From positions 1,672-65,671 of the forward strand of contig JAZOMU010000017.1 in assembly GCA_045654125.1 (NCBI GenBank): a DNA stretch of 64,000 bases. Direction: 5' to 3'. A program made the position numbers and the translations under genes. Origin of the DNA: Christensenellaceae bacterium. GTDB lineage: Bacteria > Bacillota > Clostridia > Christensenellales > Borkfalkiaceae. Below, one piece after another: positions 50,134 to 60,274 of this stretch. The notes under the pieces are model-generated. The model was not told the DNA's origin and did not search any database. It worked only from the letters and a program-made list of their open reading frames with translations. Positions within the stretch are counted from its first letter, which is position 1; each line of letters starts with the position of its first letter.

Positions 50134-51840
50134 TTATCCGTTTATTAAAAATTCTAGGTGTTTTTCAGGCATTACCGACAAAGACTTAAAATTCTCATAC
50201 GTTACAAAGCCTGGTTTAGACTTGGGTGGCTTTTTAACGTTTTTACGCTCGGTGTAAACGATTTCCGTCTTTCCACCTTCCCTACCCTTTGAATAATACG
50301 CTGTGATTTCAGCTACCTTTATTATCACCTTTTCAGGAAGTTTTTTACCTTCCGTGTAAATTATCGTATGCGTTGAGTGATAATCTTTTGCGTGTACCCA
50401 AACGTCGTAAGGTCTTGCTGTAAAGGTAAGCTTGTCGTTTTCCGTATTGTTTCTGCCCGTTTTAATCTTAAACCCTTCAATCTCGTAAGTTCGGCAAAAA
50501 CTATCTTCAACTTTTTTACGAGCCGTTGCTTTTTGCTCTTTAATAAGCCCTGCACTTTCCATCTCTTTTTGAACGATTTTTAGTTCTTGTACGCTATCAC
50601 AAAAGTTAATTTCTTCAAAAATGCTAGTTAGATACTCAAGCTCACTTTCAGCCTGTTCTCTTTGTGGTTTTAGCGCAGATAACGTTCTTTTTTGTTTGTT
50701 GTATTTTTTATAATACTGCTCTGCATTTTTAGAAACTGAAAGTTTTCCATCTAGCACTATTTCTACTTTTTTTCCATCATAGTAATTATCTAAAACAACC
50801 TTATTTTCGCCATTTTTTATCCTGTAAATGTTGGCAAGTAGAAGTTCACCTTTTATTCGATTTTCTTCAGCACCTAACGCATCTTTTTCTTTAGCCAAAA
50901 TTGCCGTTATTCGCTTTTTTGCCTTTTTAATTGCAGTGTTGATTATTGCCTGCAAGCGTTGTTTTTTCGTGTTGTATTCCTTGATTTTTTCACGTTCGGC
51001 AAAATAAAATTCTTCGGCTTGATATAAATTATCAAAGAATTTTAAATCCCCTTGCGCATCTTTATAAGGGTGCACCATCACGTCTTTTATCTCGCCGTTT
51101 ATAATAGAAACACAAGGCCTTTTTGCTTTAGAATAAAGGTAATTGTTTAAGTGCAAAAAAAAGTTTTTCGCATCGATTTGTTCAAAATTTTTTACACCGT
51201 TATTAAAATATTCATCTACAATATCGTTAGCAGTACTTACTGCTAAACCTTGTATACCTGCACATAAATACTCTGCTAAATTCTTCCCTTCATAAGCAGA
51301 AAAATATTCTATTAAGGTTTGGTCTGTGGGCAGTTTTTTGTCATTAACTGGTGGAAAAACGTATGGGTGACTAACAATCAACGGCCTAACCCCATCATCA
51401 AACATATTTATACCACGATTGCCACCTAAAACCTTGCCATTTTCCGTTAAAATTATATTGGAATATCTGCCCATAAGTTCTACGTATACTTGCTTTTTTA
51501 CGGCATCAAAAAACTCTGCCGAAGCAGTAAGGTCTATACAAACTATTCTATCAAATCCCACGAGCGAAATTTTATCAATAGTAGCCGATAGTAGGTGCTT
51601 TCTCATAAGCATACAAAAATTAGGCGCAGTCAAAGGACTTTCCTTTTCTTCGTGGATTACCCCTATCCTTGGAGATGCAGGATTTACCGAAAGTAGTAGC
51701 TTTTCCGTTCTCTTTCCTGTGTAAACGGTAAGCACTAGTTCATCGTTATTAGGCTGAACTATTCGATTGATTTTTCCACCACTAAATATTGAGTTTAGCT
51801 CTTCACATAAGTATCGAAGAGTATACGCGTCCTGTGGCAT
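50134..51840 (-). CDS. rqcH: NFACT-family ribosome quality control protein (RqcH / fibronectin-binding protein A family)
   Basis: 568 aa. N-terminal NFACT-N (LNSIFSGGKINRIVQP), coiled-coil middle, NFACT-R (DVWVHAKDYHSTH). Confidence 0.85.
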   Translation of the reverse strand: MPQDAYTLRYLCEELNSIFSGGKINRIVQPNNDELVLTVYTGKRTEKLLLSVNPASPRIGVIHEEKESPLTAPNFCMLMRKHLLSATIDKISLVGFDRIVCIDLTASAEFFDAVKKQVYVELMGRYSNIILTENGKVLGGNRGINMFDDGVRPLIVSHPYVFPPVNDKKLPTDQTLIEYFSAYEGKNLAEYLCAGIQGLAVSTANDIVDEYFNNGVKNFEQIDAKNFFLHLNNYLYSKAKRPCVSIINGEIKDVMVHPYKDAQGDLKFFDNLYQAEEFYFAEREKIKEYNTKKQRLQAIINTAIKKAKKRITAILAKEKDALGAEENRIKGELLLANIYRIKNGENKVVLDNYYDGKKVEIVLDGKLSVSKNAEQYYKKYNKQKRTLSALKPQREQAESELEYLTSIFEEINFCDSVQELKIVQKEMESAGLIKEQKATARKKVEDSFCRTYEIEGFKIKTGRNNTENDKLTFTARPYDVWVHAKDYHSTHTIIYTEGKKLPEKVIIKVAEITAYYSKGREGGKTEIVYTERKNVKKPPKSKPGFVTYENFKSLSVMPEKHLEFLING

Positions 51841-51843
51841 TTG

Positions 51844-52662
51844 TCAAAACTCCGAATCTATCGTAAAAGTCTTATTATTTAAATAATAAAGCGAACTATT
51901 TTGTTCAAATTTTAAGGTTAAACTTACTGCTGTTAAAAGCTGGCTTTTAAGCTTTAATTTACTGTTTAATGCAAAATCCCCGTACTTTCCGTCCCCTAAA
52001 ATTGGGTGACCTATGTGGGAAAGGTGCGCCCTTATTTGATGGGTTTTACCCGTGTACAGCGTTACGCTTAAATCGGAAAAACCATTACCAAAGCCCACCA
52101 CTTCATATCCCGTTTTAATGAGAGAACTGCCAACTACTTTTTTATCGGTTACAGTAACCAAAGCGTTTTTTTGGTCCTTAAATAGATATGCTGTTAGAAT
52201 AGCTTTCTTGTGCTCTGGCACACCTTTTACCCTTGCTTTATAAACCTTATCAAAGCTTCTATTCTTAAACCCTAAAAGCAACTCTTTTTCAGCAGTACTA
52301 TTAAGTGCAAAAATCATAAGCCCAGAAGTATTTCTATCAAGGCGATGAATAAAAAACGCACTGTCTTTTTCCTTTAATATACTATTAAAAACGCTTTCCG
52401 AAGTAAAACTACTTTTTTTATTTATAACCAAAACGTTTTCATCGCAAAACACCACCGAATAGCCTTTTTCTTCTATCGGTTTATAGTATATTTCCACCCT
52501 ATCGCCAATCGACAGTGAAAGGTCTTTATCCGTACGGATTCCATTAACCTTTACGTCTTTTTTACGAAGTGCTTGACGCAATTGTGAGTAGGATAGGTCT
52601 GCTAAATTTATTAAGGCAAGTTTTGTTAGTTTGCCGTTTTTATTCGCTATAAAACTATTCAT
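51844..52662 (-). CDS. RluA-family pseudouridine synthase with N-terminal S4 domain
   Basis: S4-like LRQALRKKDVKVNG. Catalytic HRLDRNTSGLMIFA. HQIRAHL. Confidence 0.88.
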   Translation of the reverse strand: MNSFIANKNGKLTKLALINLADLSYSQLRQALRKKDVKVNGIRTDKDLSLSIGDRVEIYYKPIEEKGYSVVFCDENVLVINKKSSFTSESVFNSILKEKDSAFFIHRLDRNTSGLMIFALNSTAEKELLLGFKNRSFDKVYKARVKGVPEHKKAILTAYLFKDQKNALVTVTDKKVVGSSLIKTGYEVVGFGNGFSDLSVTLYTGKTHQIRAHLSHIGHPILGDGKYGDFALNSKLKLKSQLLTAVSLTLKFEQNSSLYYLNNKTFTIDSEF

Positions 52663-52675
52663 TTCTTTATATCAA

Positions 52676-52704
52676 ACAGGACTTCGGGCAAACCGAAGTC
52701 CTGT
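52676..52704 (-). terminator. Stem-loop after the surface-protein gene (weak U tract; partial terminator or stabiliser)
   Basis: ACAGGACTTCGG/CCGAAGTCCTGT 12-bp stem. Only TTGAT follows on the minus strand. Confidence 0.4.
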
Positions 52705-52720
52705 AAATTTTATCGTTTTT

Positions 52721-54634
52721 TTAGTTATCATTTTCTTCTTTCGGTTTAATACAAAGAAGAACTATTATACCAATAAGGCAGAGCGTACCAACTGAAAGGA
52801 ACACTACTGACCAAACATTATTTTGCAACCACTCACTAGGAGGAGTAACAACAACAGGTTCATCAACAATTTTTATAATCTCTGAATTTGCTGAATTCTC
52901 TCTTGCAGTTGTTTTAGAAATTGCCGTACATTCTATCATATATGCACCAACCTTATCTGGCGTAAATGATAGAACACCGTTATACCCTATTGCCTTAACG
53001 TCATCATAAGTATATCCGTCTTTATCGTATTCGGTATCAGTTACTTTTGAGGAAGCAGGAATTTCCACCCAGCCACTAGAAGTTTTTGTTGCATTTATGT
53101 CAGCATTATAGTAAAGCTTATAAGTAATATTACAACCACTTGCATCTACTATAAATCTTGAAGCAGTATAGCTAGCGCCCTTATACCCTTTACCCTGTTG
53201 AGCTGCAGGCGTAATAACTATCGGTGCATTATCTTCAACGTAGAAACTAAATACGTATTTTGAGTTTTGTACTTGAAGCTGACCATCTACTTCTTTAACA
53301 AACCCTTCTTCATCAGTAATGTTACCTTCGGCATCTTTGAATAACACGTAGAAAGTATAAACGCCAGCTTCGTTAAGCGTAAGCTTCATTTCACTCTTAG
53401 TTGAAAAGTTTAATGAACTTGGGGTTGCATAGTGAATTTCAGTTTTTAAGTTCTTATATGCCGTATAGTTATCGCTAACCAAATCTTCTAGCGACGGAAT
53501 TTCTATACTAGTACCAAGTGCAACGTAAATATCATCTTCCTTGCTATCAGTACCTTTATCGTCTGCAACGTATTTCTTTTCAAGCGCCTTTATGAAAGCT
53601 TCTAAAGCATCTGGGTTATCAGTATAAGACGGTGCAGTTTTATCGCCATTATCTTCTGCAATAACTTTAAAATTTATAGTAAGGTATTTCTCTGCATCAT
53701 TCTTATTAACAATTTCCAACACACCATCGGTTGTAAAATGCACTTCTCCAGTTTGGTCTCCGTTTGCTTTTACGCCAAGCCACTCGCCGTTAGGAGCGTT
53801 TAGTTTTGTGCTATTTTTATTGTTTCCGTTAAGAAAAGAATATGCGTTATAATTGATTTTGGTCTTTACGTTGTAAATTAAGGCTTGATTACCCACAACC
53901 TTAACATCTTCCGTTAAACAAACTATTGGATTTGCTTCAACAAGCGCATCGTTAGTTAATGAAAAAGATTGCAAATAGCTATCTTCAGATGCTTTTTGTG
54001 AAAGCGCTCTAATCTTAAACACAGCGCTTTCAGCATTTTCTACTAACGTTACTTCTACCTTAACTTTACCCGTAAGCTTAAAGTAATCATTAGAGGTTTT
54101 TACACGGTAATAAGCGTTGTCTTCGGTAGTGTAATTAGTGCCGTTAACCGATGCTTTATAATACCCATTTTCATCAACTTGCATCTTGATTTTTCTTTCA
54201 GCAACAGGTGCGCCACCAGTTAATTCTTCACTGTTAAGCATTGCACTACCATCTGCATTAACCACTACTTCGTTAACGATATTAGTATCAAACGTTTTAC
54301 CGTCTACATGCTTGTTGCCGTTTGTAATATATGAGTTTGCAGTAATAATGAGTTTAACACTTTCAATATTAGCATCGATTTCATAATTCATTAAGAAATC
54401 GTTTACAGCAACGGTATTCTTAATTTCAATAGTATCGTTTGCCGTTAAGGTAAACACAGCGCCATCAGTTTCAGTAAACTCTGCAGTAGTTGTGCTTTTG
54501 TATCCAAAATAAGCAGAGGGTTTAACTGTGCTTGCCTTTGCCGTTTTTACACTTATCATAGTAAAAGCAGTTATGACCGAAATCATAAACGCTATTATTA
54601 ATAAAATAATCTTATAGGATTTTGCCTTTCTCAT
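52721..54634 (-). CDS. Hypothetical cell-surface protein: signal peptide, beta-rich ectodomain, C-terminal TM anchor
   Basis: N-terminal KIILLIIAFMISVITAFTMISVKTAKA, C-terminal WSVVFLSVGTLCLIGIIVLLCIKPKEENDN. No LPXTG motif. Start is ATG 54634 or TTG 54646. Confidence 0.65.
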   Translation of the reverse strand: MRKAKSYKIILLIIAFMISVITAFTMISVKTAKASTVKPSAYFGYKSTTTAEFTETDGAVFTLTANDTIEIKNTVAVNDFLMNYEIDANIESVKLIITANSYITNGNKHVDGKTFDTNIVNEVVVNADGSAMLNSEELTGGAPVAERKIKMQVDENGYYKASVNGTNYTTEDNAYYRVKTSNDYFKLTGKVKVEVTLVENAESAVFKIRALSQKASEDSYLQSFSLTNDALVEANPIVCLTEDVKVVGNQALIYNVKTKINYNAYSFLNGNNKNSTKLNAPNGEWLGVKANGDQTGEVHFTTDGVLEIVNKNDAEKYLTINFKVIAEDNGDKTAPSYTDNPDALEAFIKALEKKYVADDKGTDSKEDDIYVALGTSIEIPSLEDLVSDNYTAYKNLKTEIHYATPSSLNFSTKSEMKLTLNEAGVYTFYVLFKDAEGNITDEEGFVKEVDGQLQVQNSKYVFSFYVEDNAPIVITPAAQQGKGYKGASYTASRFIVDASGCNITYKLYYNADINATKTSSGWVEIPASSKVTDTEYDKDGYTYDDVKAIGYNGVLSFTPDKVGAYMIECTAISKTTARENSANSEIIKIVDEPVVVTPPSEWLQNNVWSVVFLSVGTLCLIGIIVLLCIKPKEENDN

Positions 54635-54820
54635 ATTTAAGTACAATACTCCTTTATATCCAATATATCTATATCATTTTACACAAAATTATATCTTTTG
54701 TCAATCTGCTTTATATTCTTTTTTTAAAATAATACCTATATAATGTTTATTTTATAACATTTCCTTTGTTTAACTATTTTCTTTAACTCTGAATATACTG
54801 ACTTATAAGGATTTTTACAA

Positions 54821-55357
54821 ATGATTTACCTTTTGCTTCTCACAGCCATAACTGTTAGTATAGATTCGTTTATTTGTGGGTTTTCCCTATCGTTAAAGGG
54901 TGGAAAAAAATTGCCTATTATTTTTGGTATTGCCTTTACCGTTTACGCAATGTGCCTAGCAACCAACTATTTTGCACTAATTTTTGCCAATAAACTAAAT
55001 GAAAAAACAGCTTGCCTCAGTGGGCTTATACTTATAGGTATTGGCTTATACAACCTTCTAAAAAAAGATGACAACGGAAAAACTATAAACTCTAACCATT
55101 GCGCATTAGTTGAATCATTGATTAGTGGTTTTGCAGTAGGAATAGACGGTGCACTTGCCAATCTATCTCTATCACTTATGGGAATTAACGCGTTTTACGT
55201 GCCTATTATTATTGCCCTTATGCACGGAATAATGATTGCGTTAGGAGTATTGCTAGCTAGAATTCCGTTTGTAAAAAACTTTGCAAAAATCGGAGTTTTA
55301 CCACCTTTTATACTAATTTTTTTGGGTGGTTACAAATTACTCGGTTTCTTTATATAG
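54821..55357 (+). CDS. MntP/YtaF family (DUF204) membrane protein
   Basis: 178 aa. AITVSIDSFICGFSL and ISGFAVGIDGALANLSL repeats typical of the Mn efflux pump MntP / sporulation protein YtaF family. Confidence 0.7.
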   Translation: MIYLLLLTAITVSIDSFICGFSLSLKGGKKLPIIFGIAFTVYAMCLATNYFALIFANKLNEKTACLSGLILIGIGLYNLLKKDDNGKTINSNHCALVESLISGFAVGIDGALANLSLSLMGINAFYVPIIIALMHGIMIALGVLLARIPFVKNFAKIGVLPPFILIFLGGYKLLGFFI

Positions 55358-55358
55358 T

Positions 55359-55395
55359 AAAACGCGCTTTCAACTAAAAGCGCGTTTTAATTTTA
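55359..55395. terminator. Bidirectional intrinsic terminator
   Basis: AAAACGCGCTTT/AAAGCGCGTTTT 12-bp stem. Confidence 0.7.
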
Positions 55396-55406
55396 AATCA
55401 ATTTTA

Positions 55407-56117
55407 TTAAATGCTAGGTTTAATAATGCGAACTGCACGTTCGGTATCAAAATCTTGCCAAGGTCTAACGTCTTTCGGGGGCTGAACTCTAAACACCATT
55501 TTTTCCCTACTTACAGGGTGTGTAAAAGAAAGGTAATAAGCCCAAAGTGCGAGATGACCTTTCTTTGCCTTTTCCCCACCGTAACGCATATCCCCGTAAA
55601 GTGGTGTGCCTATTGCACTCATTTGAACACGGATTTGATGGCTTCTCCCCGTATGCAGTCTTACGTCTGCAAGCGAAAGTCCATCGTGTTTTTCAGCTAT
55701 CTCGTATTCAAGTTCAGCAAATTTTGCGCCCTGAACGGTTGGTGGACAAACGTAAACCATATTGTTTACGGTATTTTTCTTCATATAGTGAGTAAGCGTT
55801 GCTTTATCTTCTTTAGGCTCGCCAATTAGTACTGCAAAGTATCTCTTTTCAAAGTCACCGTCTTTCAATTGTTCAGACAGTCTTGAAGCAGCCTTACTAG
55901 ACTTTGCAAACACCATAACGCCACCGGTTGGTCTATCAAGTCTATGTACTAACCCTAAATAAACGTTACCTTGCTTGTTGTAAGTTTCTTTAATATACTC
56001 TTTTATTATGGTGAGCATATCCTTATCCTTGCTCTCATCTTCACAAGACGGAACGTTTTGAGGTTTTAAAACTACTATTATATGATTGTCTTCGTGTAAA
56101 ATTACTAAATCTTCCAT
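55407..56117 (-). CDS. RluA-family pseudouridine synthase (no S4 domain)
   Basis: HRLDRPTGGVMVFAKS, GRSHQIRVQM. Start moved to ATG 56117 (MEDLVIL), 2 nt after the upstream stop. Confidence 0.85.
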   Translation of the reverse strand: MEDLVILHEDNHIIVVLKPQNVPSCEDESKDKDMLTIIKEYIKETYNKQGNVYLGLVHRLDRPTGGVMVFAKSSKAASRLSEQLKDGDFEKRYFAVLIGEPKEDKATLTHYMKKNTVNNMVYVCPPTVQGAKFAELEYEIAEKHDGLSLADVRLHTGRSHQIRVQMSAIGTPLYGDMRYGGEKAKKGHLALWAYYLSFTHPVSREKMVFRVQPPKDVRPWQDFDTERAVRIIKPSI

Positions 56118-56119
56118 AA

Positions 56120-56986
56120 TTATTTTCCGTTTATCCAAATTCCACTGTTACCACAAGGTAGTATCACGCCTTCCTGCTCGGTTTTAAGCCCTACTTCATA
56201 TGCTTCAACCCTACCACCACGACAATTTTTAATGGTTAGCTCAAGTATGTTTTTTAACACTTGTGGTTGCAAACCCGTGGTATAGCTATTTATTAAGAAA
56301 AACAAGGGTTGTTCACTTAACACTTGGCTACACAATTCTACTAGTGGATAGAGTTCGTTTTCCAGCTTCCACATTTCCCCGTTAGGCCCTCTACCGTAAC
56401 TCGGTGGGTCCATTATAACGGCATCATACTTTCTACCCCTGCGTATTTCACGTTCAACAAACTTTTTACAGTCGTCAATTATATATCTAACGCTACCATC
56501 GGGAATTTTTGAAAGCCTAACGTTTTCGCCAGCACGTTCTACCATACCTTTGGCTGCATCTACGTGGCAAACTTTAGCGCCTGCTTTTGCGCAAGCTACC
56601 GTTGCACCACCCGTGTACGCAAACAAATTAAGCACGTTTATTTCTCTGCCCGAATTTTTAATGAGTTCACTCATTAAATCCCAGTTCACAGCTTGCTCGG
56701 GGAATAAACCCGTATGCTTAAAACCCATAGGTTTTATCTTGAATTTTAAATCCTTATACGATATCGTCCACTCTGGTGGCATTTTGCCTTTTATTAGCCA
56801 TTTCCCACCACCTGTTTCGCTACGAATATACTTAGCTGAAAGACCTTTATAGTCATTCATTGGCGTTTTGCTTTTCCATATAACCTGTGGGTCAGGACGA
56901 AGCAAAATTACACCACCCCAATTTTCCAACTTATATCCATCTCCGGTGGCGATTACCGTATAATCTTTCCAGTCGGCTGTTCTCAT
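56120..56986 (-). CDS. Class I SAM-dependent (probable rRNA) methyltransferase, RlmI/RlmK-C-like
   Basis: VLNLFAYTGGATVACA (motif I), IIMDPPSYGRG (motif IV). TAATG overlap with the ileS stop. Confidence 0.75.
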   Translation of the reverse strand: MRTADWKDYTVIATGDGYKLENWGGVILLRPDPQVIWKSKTPMNDYKGLSAKYIRSETGGGKWLIKGKMPPEWTISYKDLKFKIKPMGFKHTGLFPEQAVNWDLMSELIKNSGREINVLNLFAYTGGATVACAKAGAKVCHVDAAKGMVERAGENVRLSKIPDGSVRYIIDDCKKFVEREIRRGRKYDAVIMDPPSYGRGPNGEMWKLENELYPLVELCSQVLSEQPLFFLINSYTTGLQPQVLKNILELTIKNCRGGRVEAYEVGLKTEQEGVILPCGNSGIWINGK

Positions 56987-59900
56987 TATTTTTGAACCTT
57001 ATTTACTACTATCGTACAAACTGCACCGTTAATATCAAGTTCTTTCTTAAACCCTTCAACATCGCCTTCTACAACGTCATCAGCAAGCACTACTGACTTA
57101 AAGTCTTTGCCGTTAACAAGTGCGTTTTTAATAGTTTGGTCATCAGTTTGGTAGTTAACGATAATTCTATCAACCACTTCAAAGCCTGCTTCTTTTCTCA
57201 TTGATTGAATTTTAGAGATTAACTCTCTTTCCACGCCTTCAGCTTTCAATTCTTCAGTAACGTTAGTATCCATTACCACAGTTATACCATTATCACTTGC
57301 AGCAGTAAATCCAACTGCGCTTTCGGTTGCAATCAAAAGGTCATCTAGCACAAATTCAAAGGTATCGCCTTCAAATTCCGTCTTATAAACTTCACCGTTC
57401 TTTACGGTAGAAACTACTGCGTTTGCATCGCAGGTTTCTAAGAATTTACGCACCTTTCCAAGCTTTGCGCCGTATTTAGGTCCAAGAGTTTTAAGTTGTG
57501 GTTTAATCTTATAGGCAACAAACCTAGAAGCGTCTTTTAAGTATTCCACTTCCTTAACGTTAAGTTCTTCTTTTGCAATTTCAAGCAAGCCTTCGGTAAG
57601 GATTGACTTTCTTTCAGAACATACGAATATCTTGGAAAGTGGTTGTCTATTTTTGATATTTGAAGCATTTCTACAAGCACGGCCTAATACTACGATATCA
57701 AGCACGTTTTGCATACCGTCTTCAAGTTCAGTATCTATTGCGCTTTCATCAACTTTAGGGAACGCACAAAGATGAACGGAAACGGGCGCATCTTTATAGA
57801 AATTAGGAACTAGGTTTTGATAAATACTTTCTGCCATAAACGGAGTGAACGGTGCAGAAAGTTTTGCCATAGTAACTAGCACTGTATAAAGTGTAGTGTA
57901 TGCGGCAATCTTATCATCATCCATATCGTGTCCCCAATAACGTTCTCTACCACGGCGAACGTACCAATTAGACAAGTCGTCAGTAAAGCTTTGAAGCGCC
58001 CTTGCACTATCAAAGATGTTGTAATTGTTTAGTCCGTTATCCACAGTTTTAATTAGCGTATTTAATTTTGAAAGTACCCACTTATCCATAAGCGATAGTT
58101 TACAATCTTTTAGATTGTAGTTTGCAGGGTTGTACTTATCAATTTCTGCGTAAAGCACGAAGAACGCATACGTGTTCCAAAGCGTGCCCATAAACTTTCT
58201 TTGCGCTTCGGAAACAGCTTCTTCATAGAACCTTGAAGGCAACCACGGAGCAGAGCCAGTGTAGAAATACCATCTAACAGCATCAGCACCCTGCTTATCA
58301 AGTATAGTCCACGGGTCAACTACGTTACCCTTGTGTTTACTCATTTTTATACCGTTCTTGTCGTTAACGTGCCCTAAAACTATACAGTTTTTGAAAGGCG
58401 CTTTATCGAACAAGAGCGTTGAAATTGCAAGCAAGGTATAGAACCAACCACGCGTTTGGTCAATAGCTTCACTGATAAAGTCTGCTGGGAAATGACTTTC
58501 AAATAGTTCCTTATTTTCAAATGGATAATGGTATTGAGCAAAAGGCATTGAGCCAGAATCAAACCAACAGTCTATAACTTCTTTTTCACGAACGTATTCA
58601 CCACCACATTCACAAGCGAAAGTGCAGTCGTCTATATACGGACGGTGAAGCTCTATATCACCTTCTATTCCACAAAGGTCTTTAAGTTCCTTTTTGCTAC
58701 CAATTACGTGGATTTTGCCACATTTATTACATACCCAAACGGGTAGTGGCGTACCCCAATAACGTTCTCTAGATAAACCCCAATCAATAACGTTTTCTAA
58801 GAAATTACCCATTCTGCCTTTTTTAATAGTCTCAGGCATCCAGTTAATAGAATCGTTTGCAGCGATTAACCTATCTTTAACAGCCGTCATCTTGATAAAC
58901 CAGCTACTTCTTGCATAGTATAAAAGTGGTGTATCGCAACGCCAACAGAACGGATAGTTGTGTTCAAAGGGAAGTTCTTTGAATAACAATCCATTTTCCT
59001 TTAGCATTTTAATGATAATTTTATCGGCATCTTTAACGAACGTTCCTGCAAGCTCACGAGTAAGTTCGTGCATGTTTCCACGGTCATCTACTAATTTAAC
59101 GAAAGGCAAGTTGTATTTTCTACCAACGTTTGCGTCGTCTTCACCAAATGCTGGTGCGATATGAACGATACCACTACCATCGGTAAGCGTTACGTAACCA
59201 TCACATACAACGTAGTGTGCCTTTTCCTTATACGTGCCATTTGCATAGTCGAATAATGGTTCATATTCAGCGTATTCGTATTCACTACCCTTTTTAGTTG
59301 AAACTTTAGTATAGTTTTCAAAGAGTGACGGAATAAGCGCATCAGCTAATATATAGGTTGCACCGTCTTCTGCCACGATTTCAGTGTAGTCTTCCTTTGG
59401 ATTCATACAAAGTGCAACGTTTGACGGAAGCGTCCAAGGCGTAGTAGTCCAAGCAAGGAAGTACGCATTTTCTCTACCCTTAATCTTAAAGCGCACGAAA
59501 ACTGAAACGTCCTTTACGTCCTTATAACCTTGCGCTACTTCGTGAGAAGAAAGTGCTGTTCCACATCTTGGGCAATAAGGAACGATTTTGTGGCCTTTGT
59601 ATAAAAGACCTTTTTCAGCGATGGTTTTAATCGCCCACCATACCGATTCAATATAGTTATCGTCATAAGTAACGTATGGATTTTCCATGTCAGCCCAGTA
59701 GCCTACACGGTCGCTCATTTTTTCCCATTCGCCCTTGTATTTCCAAACGCTCTCTTTACATTTTTTGATAAACGGCTCTATGCCGTATTTTTCTATTTCC
59801 TGCTTACCGTCAATACCAAGTAGTTTTTCCACTTCAAGTTCTACGGGAAGTCCGTGGGTATCCCAACCTGCTTTTCTTAAACAGTGGTCACCTTTCATAA

Positions 59901-60117
59901 CGTGATATCTTGGGATTATATCCTTGATAACTCTAGTTAAAATATGCCCAATATGTGGTTTGCCGTTAGCTGTAGGTGGGCCATCATAAAAGGTGAATTC
60001 TCTATTCCCTTCGTTTTCTGCAACGTTTTGTTCAAAAATTTTGTTTTCCTTCCAAAATTTTAATACTTCTTTTTCCCTGTCTAAAAAGTTAAGGCTGGTA
60101 TCTACTTTATTGTACAT
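56986..60117 (-). CDS. ileS: Isoleucine--tRNA ligase, type 2 (long, about 1040 aa form)
   Basis: PPTANGKPHIGH (HIGH), KMSKHKGN (KMSKS), zinc motifs. Start moved to ATG 60117 (MYNKVDT) with GGAG SD. The ORF-track start at 60129 is TTG. Confidence 0.95.
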   Translation of the reverse strand: MYNKVDTSLNFLDREKEVLKFWKENKIFEQNVAENEGNREFTFYDGPPTANGKPHIGHILTRVIKDIIPRYHVMKGDHCLRKAGWDTHGLPVELEVEKLLGIDGKQEIEKYGIEPFIKKCKESVWKYKGEWEKMSDRVGYWADMENPYVTYDDNYIESVWWAIKTIAEKGLLYKGHKIVPYCPRCGTALSSHEVAQGYKDVKDVSVFVRFKIKGRENAYFLAWTTTPWTLPSNVALCMNPKEDYTEIVAEDGATYILADALIPSLFENYTKVSTKKGSEYEYAEYEPLFDYANGTYKEKAHYVVCDGYVTLTDGSGIVHIAPAFGEDDANVGRKYNLPFVKLVDDRGNMHELTRELAGTFVKDADKIIIKMLKENGLLFKELPFEHNYPFCWRCDTPLLYYARSSWFIKMTAVKDRLIAANDSINWMPETIKKGRMGNFLENVIDWGLSRERYWGTPLPVWVCNKCGKIHVIGSKKELKDLCGIEGDIELHRPYIDDCTFACECGGEYVREKEVIDCWFDSGSMPFAQYHYPFENKELFESHFPADFISEAIDQTRGWFYTLLAISTLLFDKAPFKNCIVLGHVNDKNGIKMSKHKGNVVDPWTILDKQGADAVRWYFYTGSAPWLPSRFYEEAVSEAQRKFMGTLWNTYAFFVLYAEIDKYNPANYNLKDCKLSLMDKWVLSKLNTLIKTVDNGLNNYNIFDSARALQSFTDDLSNWYVRRGRERYWGHDMDDDKIAAYTTLYTVLVTMAKLSAPFTPFMAESIYQNLVPNFYKDAPVSVHLCAFPKVDESAIDTELEDGMQNVLDIVVLGRACRNASNIKNRQPLSKIFVCSERKSILTEGLLEIAKEELNVKEVEYLKDASRFVAYKIKPQLKTLGPKYGAKLGKVRKFLETCDANAVVSTVKNGEVYKTEFEGDTFEFVLDDLLIATESAVGFTAASDNGITVVMDTNVTEELKAEGVERELISKIQSMRKEAGFEVVDRIIVNYQTDDQTIKNALVNGKDFKSVVLADDVVEGDVEGFKKELDINGAVCTIVVNKVQK

Positions 60118-60239
60118 TTTTCGCTCCAAATTTTCAGTTAAAAAATTTTTAAATATATATTATCTTAGTAATTATAACTATAATTGTCGATTTTGTAAAG
60201 TTAATTTTTGCTTTTTTTGGTTTTTTCCTGAAAAATAAC

Positions 60240-60268
60240 TTGCCAAATTTATCTTTTTAAGTTAGAAT
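60240..60268 (+). promoter_or_regulatory. Promoter of the SRP RNA gene (TTGCCA-17-TAGAAT)
   Basis: TTGCCA 60240-60245, TAGAAT 60263-60268. The predicted TSS coincides with the start of the RNA homology. Confidence 0.5.
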
Positions 60269-60274
60269 AATATA

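Noticed and set aside
54647-54820. Possible yybP-ykoY manganese riboswitch upstream of the MntP/YtaF-like gene
   Set aside because: No GC-rich four-way-junction-like conserved segments. The sequence is AT-rich promoter-like DNA.
60118-60274. Possible T-box riboswitch upstream of ileS
   Set aside because: The region is only about 150 nt and extremely AT-rich, with no recognisable stem I/specifier or terminator/antiterminator T-box sequence.
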